A DNA stretch of 64,000 bases, taken from NCBI GenBank assembly GCA_965202805.1, contig OZ241869.1:2112001-2176000 (forward strand), given 5' to 3'. Shown here in pieces: positions 58,554 to 64,000 of the stretch (position 1 is its first letter; the number at the start of each line of letters is the position of its first letter). The notes below the pieces were generated by a model. That model saw only the letters and a program-made list of their open reading frames with translations. It searched no databases and was not told the DNA's origin. Source of the DNA: Longimicrobiales bacterium (lineage in GTDB: Bacteria; Gemmatimonadota; Gemmatimonadetes; Longimicrobiales; Gaopeijiaceae). Both the position numbers and the translations under genes were made by a program.

Positions 58554-60254
58554 ATGATTTTGAGACGACTTACGAAGAAGGTCATGACCTTCGGCGCCTT
58601 TGCCGCGGTCGGCGTTTTCTCCGCTTGCGATCTGGCGGTTACCAACCCCGGTCCGGTCCAGGACGCGACCCTTAACCTGGAGGGGGCATACCAGGGAATC
58701 GTGAACGGCGCAATCCGCGGCGTTCAGGAAGGATTCGGCACCTACGCGCTGCTTGGCGGCGCCATCACCCATGATATCCATGCCAGCGGCCACACCGGCT
58801 CGGCGGGCGTACGCCCCGAGGAGGAAGTGGCCTGGTTGAACGACAACTATGACGGACGCGGAGGCTGGGGTCGCCTCCAGCGTGCACGTTGGGTTGCGGA
58901 GGAGGCTGTCCGCCGGTTTACGCGGGAGGATAGCGGAATCAGTAATCCCGGCTCCTACCCACCTCTCGCACAGGCTCATTTCTGGGGCGGGCTCGCCAGC
59001 CGCTACTTGGGCGAGAACGCTTGCACCGCCATTTTCGACGGTGGCTCGCCCGAGCCCAAGCTCGCATACTTCGATCGGGCCATCTCGGCGTTTGACAACG
59101 CGGTCACCGTCGGCCAGTCCGCCGGGATGAGCGATCTGGTGACGGCGGCCATCGGCGCCCGAGCGGCGGCCAAGCTCTTCAAGGGCGACTATGCCGGCGC
59201 CGGCGCCGACGCCGGGCAGGTTCCGTTCGACTTCGAGTTCCTGACCACCTATTCGGGCTTTGGCGGCGAGTACTACTACGTCTACGGGCACGTGGAAAGC
59301 CTGGGATTCCAGTCGCTCTCGTTCTGGGGCACGCCTGCGGGTGAGCACTTCCTGCTGACGGGCGACTCGCGTGTCGCATGGGGGTATGACAACGGCTCTC
59401 GCGAGGTCCCGGCGGGCAAGCCGGCCGCGGTTCGCGGACAAACCCATCCGGCCCGTCCCACCTGGGTGTCGCTGGTACCCATGTTCTATCCGCTCAAGGG
59501 CATCGCTCCCCGCGATCCGCAGCGGGAATTCCTCTTCTTCGAGCCCGACCGCGCGCAGCAGCGGGAGCAGCTGCAGATCCAGCTGGTGGACGGACGTGAG
59601 ATGGAACTGGTCAAGGCGGAGGTCGAACTCCGCAACGGCAACTGGCAGGCGGCCATGGCGCACATCAACAACGTGCGCACCGCCACGCCGGTCTATCCGA
59701 TCGACATGACCGACCAGAGCAAGTTCGACCTGAGACTGCACCCGGACGAGCAGAAGGACTGGGACGCTAACCCTGACCTGGCCGCATATTTCGACCAGTT
59801 CAGCTATGAGCTACAGGACTTCAGCGAAGGCGCCGACATGACCCCGATGGGGAACATGATGCTGGGCGACCGCATGATGGAACCCGTCCACGCGATGAGT
59901 GCCGAGGAAGCCTGGACGTACCTTAAGTTCGAGCGCTACGTCGAACTCAGCATGGAAGGACGCCGCTTCGGCGATCGCTGGCGCTGGCGCTCCAACCCTG
60001 AGCCCATCGCGCCCTCGTCGGGGCCCGGCGGAGAACTCACTCCGGGCAAGTACAATCACCTCGAGTTCATTCCAACGGCGCTGGCCCAGCGCTACAGCGT
60101 GCCGGAAGATCCGCTCATGATGTGCTTCCCGCTGCCCGTGGGAGAGAACGACACCAACCACAACATCGAAGAGTCCTACATGGACTGGATCGAATCGACC
60201 GGATATCGGGCGGTAGATCCGTCGCTGGTCGACATGCGCATGGGCGGCATGTAG
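58554..60254 (+). CDS. susD: SusD/RagB-like lipoprotein, copy B
   Basis: Lipobox FSAC-DLAVTNPGPVQD (as in copy A), EMELVKAE, INNVR, ERYVELSMEGRRFGDRWRW. Confidence 0.88.
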   Translation: MILRRLTKKVMTFGAFAAVGVFSACDLAVTNPGPVQDATLNLEGAYQGIVNGAIRGVQEGFGTYALLGGAITHDIHASGHTGSAGVRPEEEVAWLNDNYDGRGGWGRLQRARWVAEEAVRRFTREDSGISNPGSYPPLAQAHFWGGLASRYLGENACTAIFDGGSPEPKLAYFDRAISAFDNAVTVGQSAGMSDLVTAAIGARAAAKLFKGDYAGAGADAGQVPFDFEFLTTYSGFGGEYYYVYGHVESLGFQSLSFWGTPAGEHFLLTGDSRVAWGYDNGSREVPAGKPAAVRGQTHPARPTWVSLVPMFYPLKGIAPRDPQREFLFFEPDRAQQREQLQIQLVDGREMELVKAEVELRNGNWQAAMAHINNVRTATPVYPIDMTDQSKFDLRLHPDEQKDWDANPDLAAYFDQFSYELQDFSEGADMTPMGNMMLGDRMMEPVHAMSAEEAWTYLKFERYVELSMEGRRFGDRWRWRSNPEPIAPSSGPGGELTPGKYNHLEFIPTALAQRYSVPEDPLMMCFPLPVGENDTNHNIEESYMDWIESTGYRAVDPSLVDMRMGGM

Positions 60255-60284
60255 CACCCGCCAACCAGACCGCAATGTTGGACT

Positions 60285-60321
60285 TCGTGGGGGGGCCGGT
60301 CCGGCCCCCCCACGAGCTTTT
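60285..60321 (+). terminator. Rho-independent terminator after susD-B
   Basis: Perfect 15-bp inverted repeat TCGTGGGGGGGCCGG-T-CCGGCCCCCCCACGA followed by GCTTTT. Confidence 0.75.
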
Positions 60322-60348
60322 CAGGGACCTGCCGTGAGCCGATCTCCG

Positions 60349-60789
60349 ATGCGTCCGAGAGCTGCCAGGAAGCAAGGAGCACGCTGGCTGGCAGCAGGAC
60401 TGCTCGCGACCCTCGGGTGCGGAGACAGCACGATCCACTCCGCCGAACTACCGGAGGTACCCGGACTCCTTCGCGAGGTCATACCACCCGAAGGCTTCGA
60501 AGGACCCCTGCAACACGCCATCGTCATCGGGTTCGCGGGACAGCTCACGCGCTCCGGGTTTGCGCTCGGCCATCTGCCCCCGGAGGCCGGAGACGAGAGC
60601 CGGGCCTCCCTGCTCTGGATCGGTTGCTACATCCGTGAGAACACCGAAGACACCTACAGGATGATCGCGCGGGTCGAGGGATCCCTCTTCCCCTGCGGAG
60701 TCGTGCCCCACGACGACCACCTGGACGTGGTCATCGAGTCCCAGAGAACCCCCTCGTGGAGGGCGCTGGTCGTGGTGAACGTGCCCTGA
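60349..60789 (+). CDS. Hypothetical lipoprotein
   Basis: Basic N-terminus, hydrophobic stretch and lipobox TLGC. Start 60349 or 60334. Confidence 0.55.
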   Translation: MRPRAARKQGARWLAAGLLATLGCGDSTIHSAELPEVPGLLREVIPPEGFEGPLQHAIVIGFAGQLTRSGFALGHLPPEAGDESRASLLWIGCYIRENTEDTYRMIARVEGSLFPCGVVPHDDHLDVVIESQRTPSWRALVVVNVP

Positions 60790-60921
60790 CCTCGCGGCCC
60801 CCCACTCAGGCGGGATTCACCGTATCGGCAAGCTGACCGACCCGGCCGAGGCCGCACGAAACGAACTACTGCTCCAACGGGTATCATTCCTCTTGGCTCG
60901 AAATACGCAGGAGGGTAACCC

Positions 60922-61650
60922 GTGAAACATCTATCAATTCAGCTTCTCGCGGCCGCGTTGAGCTTGGCCGCGGCAACGTCGCCGGCGCAGACTCAGGATG
61001 CCGGCTCCATAGTGGGCGGGGTGGTGGACAACGTCACCTTGGACCCCATTCTGGGGGCTACGGTCACGGTGGTGAGTCACGAACTCTCGGATATCACCAA
61101 CGAGGACGGTCACTTCTCCCTGCACGACGTGCCCCCCGGCAACATCTCCGTCAGGGTGGAACAGCTCGGCTACATCGCCATCGTGGGCGAGGTGGAAGTC
61201 CGGGCGAACGACGTGACCTTCGTGCAGTTTCCGCTTTCTCCCATGGCCTTCCTGCTGGACGAGCTGCGCGTCGTCGCAGACCGGACCGAGGTCGAAGTGC
61301 AGGACGGCGGGATTTACACCGAGATCATTCCCGACGACTCGGATTCGGCCCGTAACGCCCTCGAGCTTCTCGTCACACGGGTGCCCTCGCTGAGGGTACA
61401 GACGGATGCCATGGGCGGCACCACGCGGAGCGAGATACGCATTCGCGGAAACGCCTCCGTCTCGCAGAGCAACATGCCGTCGATCTACATCGACGGGGCG
61501 AGAGCGGACATCGTGTACCTGGAGGACCTTTCCGCGACCGAAGTGCGCAGGATTCGCGTGGTGCGCGGTCCCTCCGCCGCGTCGCTCTACCCCGACGCGG
61601 CCAACGGCGTCATCATCGTCGAGACGTGGCGGTCTCGCGGTGGAACCTGA
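60922..61650 (+). CDS. Exported CarboxypepD_reg-like plus TonB-receptor plug protein with no beta-barrel
   Basis: Signal peptide, PILGATV..TNEDGHF, LDELRVVA, IRIRG, IYIDG, IRVVRGPSAASLY..AANGVIIVET, then stop. GGAGG RBS. Confidence 0.8.
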   Translation: MKHLSIQLLAAALSLAAATSPAQTQDAGSIVGGVVDNVTLDPILGATVTVVSHELSDITNEDGHFSLHDVPPGNISVRVEQLGYIAIVGEVEVRANDVTFVQFPLSPMAFLLDELRVVADRTEVEVQDGGIYTEIIPDDSDSARNALELLVTRVPSLRVQTDAMGGTTRSEIRIRGNASVSQSNMPSIYIDGARADIVYLEDLSATEVRRIRVVRGPSAASLYPDAANGVIIVETWRSRGGT

Positions 61651-61836
61651 GAGCGGATTCCCAAAGCGATCCGCCCGGTCACCCGTACGCTCCACACGCG
61701 ATGACCAGGTTCCGAAGTCCCAATCACACATGGACGCGCCCGCCGATCCGGCTTATGCTTCCATGTGGCGCGGGACCGGTCCGGGCAAGGGACTTTACCC
61801 GTCGGCCGGCGCGTACTTCCACGAGGTGGTCAGGCC

Positions 61837-62091
61837 GTGAGCGAAAGCACCAGGAACTGGATTCTCAAGGAAGTGCTGCCGCTCGTGGTTGTGGTGGGTG
61901 GGTCCGTGGGCGCGTCGGTTCTCTGGATAACCAATGACCTCGCCGACGTCCGGTCGGAGTTCTCGGAGGACATCGCCGACGTGCGGGAGCGGATCGCGTC
62001 TGTCGAGGGAAAGCTGGATCTGTTGATCTCCGGCCTGGACATCCAGGTCAAGGTGGCCGCCGTGCCGGATCAACCGACCAGTTCCCGGTAG
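61837..62091 (+). CDS. Small single-pass membrane protein with a coiled coil
   Basis: GAGGT RBS and GTG start. One TM helix followed by heptads LADVRSEFSEDIADVRERIASVEGKLDLL. Confidence 0.6.
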   Translation: MSESTRNWILKEVLPLVVVVGGSVGASVLWITNDLADVRSEFSEDIADVRERIASVEGKLDLLISGLDIQVKVAAVPDQPTSSR

Positions 62092-62166
62092 TAGGGCAGC
62101 CTTCGCCCGACCAGCCCCGCGCGACCGCCTGGCGGATCTGGTCGCTCGCGTCCATGTCGCGGATCA

Positions 62167-64000
62167 TCACCCGTCGGAAATCAGCGGTGACAGGTTGCTC
62201 GCCAGCAGGCGCCGGTTGAAGTCCGCGATCTCCCCCTCGAACAGCTCGTCCACCTGCGTCCGATACTCCACGACCTCCTGGTTCAGCAGCCGCTGAACCT
62301 CGCCCGCCTGATCCGTCGGGGAGAAGTCCCCGTTCATGATGTTCCCGCCCAGGTAGCGCAGCTCCTCGGCCAGCTTGGGCGCCCAGCGCACCCCGTCCTG
62401 CCCCGTGCCCGTGGTGATCAGGCGCACCAGGTTGTCCTCGACCGCGATGAGGCTCTCATCCAGTTCCGTCGCCGCGGCGAGGATCTCGTCCGCCCCGCCC
62501 CGGTCCTCCAGCACGGCCTCGAGGTCGTAGAGCTGGCGCCGCACCCATTCGATGCGGTTCACCATCGACGTCACCTCCGCGTAGTCGGCCCGGATGTCCG
62601 CGAACATCGCCAGCTGCGCCCGGATGTCGGCCTCGGTCCCGCTGGAATTGGGATCCTTGAGCACGCGCAACTCCTGGGACTGGCCGGGCTGGCCGTCCAC
62701 CTCGAGGGTGACCGTGTATGTGCCCGGTGCCACGAGCATCGACAGCCCCTGCCCGCCGGAGCGCGTGCGGTCGTCCCCCAGGTCCACCCAGTCGGCGTAG
62801 AGCGGCTTGGTGCGGAACACGATCTCCGGTGACGGCTCGTCCCGCAGGTCCCACCAGACCCGGTTGATCCCCGCCTCGCCCGGACCTTCGAGCGAGCGCA
62901 CCGGGTTCCCGGCCGCATCGGCGATGCGGATCGTGGCTCCGCCCGCGCTTCCCTCTCCCAGCCAGTAGTTGATCGACGCGCCGTAGGGCGGGTTGTCCCC
63001 GTCCGACTGGTCGTTGGGCATGGAGCGCGCGGCGGTGATGGCGCGGAAGCGGTAGGCGTCGCGCGGCGCGAACAGGTGTGCGCCCGACGCCGCAACCTCG
63101 GCGCTCAACTGCTGCAGCGGCGTGATGTCGTCCAGGATCCAGAAGCCGCGCCCGTAGGTCCCCACCACGAGGTCGTTGAAGTGCGTTTGCACCTCGATCC
63201 CGTACATCGGCGACACCGGCATGTTGTTCATGAGGGGCTGCCAGTTGTCCCCGTCGTCGAACGAGACGTAGAGGATGTTTTCGGTGCCGAGATAGAGAAG
63301 CCCCGGTCGCACCGGGTCCTCGTGGATGTCGCGCGTGTAGCTGAGCGGGCTGTCCGCAATGCCCTCGACGATCTTGTCAAAGCTCTCGCCGTAGTCGTCG
63401 GTGCGATACACGTGAGGCTCGAAGTTGCCCTGCTGGTGATGCTCGATCGCGAAATAGGCCTTCCCCGTCTCGTAGGCCGAGGCGTGGATGCCGCGCACGA
63501 CGCCGTCCGGCGGCAGGTCGGGGATGTTGTCGGTCACGTTGCTCCAGCTGCCGCCCCCGTCGCGCGTGACGTGCACCAGCCCGTCGTTCGACCCGGCCCA
63601 CATCACGTTGGCGTCGAGCGGCGACTCGGCGAACGCGTAGATCACGCAGCAGAACTCGACCCCGATGTTGTCCGGCGTGAGCCCGCCGGAGATCCCCATG
63701 CGGGACTCGTCGTTGGTGGTCAGGTCGGGGCTGATGATATCCCAGCTCTGGCCGCCGTTGGTGGTCCGGTGCACGTGCTGGCTGGTGACGAAGACGGTGT
63801 TCCGGTCGTGCGACGATACGTGCAGGGGGAAGGTCCACTGGAAGCGGAAGCGCACGCCGCTGGCCGGGTGGCCGCTGGCCAGCTCGGGCCACACCTCGAC
63901 GTCCCGGAACTGGCGGTTGCGGGCGTCCCAGCGAACCACCACGCCGCCCCGGGCGCCGGAGCCCGACGCGCTCGACCACACGATGTTCGCGTCCTCGGGA
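62167..64000 (-). CDS. VPS10/sortilin-like BNR-repeat protein, 3' part (start beyond the window)
   Basis: RFQWTFP, Asp-box repeats (TTNGGQSW, TRDGGGSW, TDDYGESF, SFDDGDNW), SPDLT, GTYGRGFWILDD, C-terminal helical domain. Confidence 0.88.
   Translation of the reverse strand, partial: PEDANIVWSSASGSGARGGVVVRWDARNRQFRDVEVWPELASGHPASGVRFRFQWTFPLHVSSHDRNTVFVTSQHVHRTTNGGQSWDIISPDLTTNDESRMGISGGLTPDNIGVEFCCVIYAFAESPLDANVMWAGSNDGLVHVTRDGGGSWSNVTDNIPDLPPDGVVRGIHASAYETGKAYFAIEHHQQGNFEPHVYRTDDYGESFDKIVEGIADSPLSYTRDIHEDPVRPGLLYLGTENILYVSFDDGDNWQPLMNNMPVSPMYGIEVQTHFNDLVVGTYGRGFWILDDITPLQQLSAEVAASGAHLFAPRDAYRFRAITAARSMPNDQSDGDNPPYGASINYWLGEGSAGGATIRIADAAGNPVRSLEGPGEAGINRVWWDLRDEPSPEIVFRTKPLYADWVDLGDDRTRSGGQGLSMLVAPGTYTVTLEVDGQPGQSQELRVLKDPNSSGTEADIRAQLAMFADIRADYAEVTSMVNRIEWVRRQLYDLEAVLEDRGGADEILAAATELDESLIAVEDNLVRLITTGTGQDGVRWAPKLAEELRYLGGNIMNGDFSPTDQAGEVQRLLNQEVVEYRTQVDELFEGEIADFNRRLLASNLSPLISDG

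Overview
High-GC, densely coding bacterial chromosome segment with about 40 genes. I saw no rRNA, tRNA, CRISPR array, integrase or IS. The gene content (SusC/SusD-like pairs, several TolB-propeller S9 peptidases, DUF1592/DUF1552/ankyrin triads, VPS10/BNR protein) resembles Gemmatimonadota (Longimicrobiales-like); this taxonomy is inference only. Left part: katG (cut by the window edge), M28 peptidase, VOC protein, peroxiredoxin, Tat aldo-keto reductase, S9 peptidase, a glutamate dehydrogenase with an animal-type antenna segment, a K+ channel/RCK protein, matrixin, a PQQ sugar dehydrogenase, an outer-membrane protein and a double HpcH-aldolase lipoprotein. A carotenoid operon follows: a CarH/LitR-like B12-domain regulator with non-canonical residues, cruF, an apparently frameshifted crtE-crtB fusion and crtI. 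The most striking structure is a diverged, co-oriented, twice-repeated six-gene module at 30.3-42.6 kb and 48.7-60.3 kb. Each copy reads: di-CxxCH DUF1592 cytochrome-like protein, Tat DUF1552 protein, secreted ankyrin protein ending in CxxC, one variable gene, SusC, SusD. It is a candidate undescribed periplasmic redox/metal processing system coupled to TonB-dependent uptake. All family calls come from motif recognition by eye; no searches were run.
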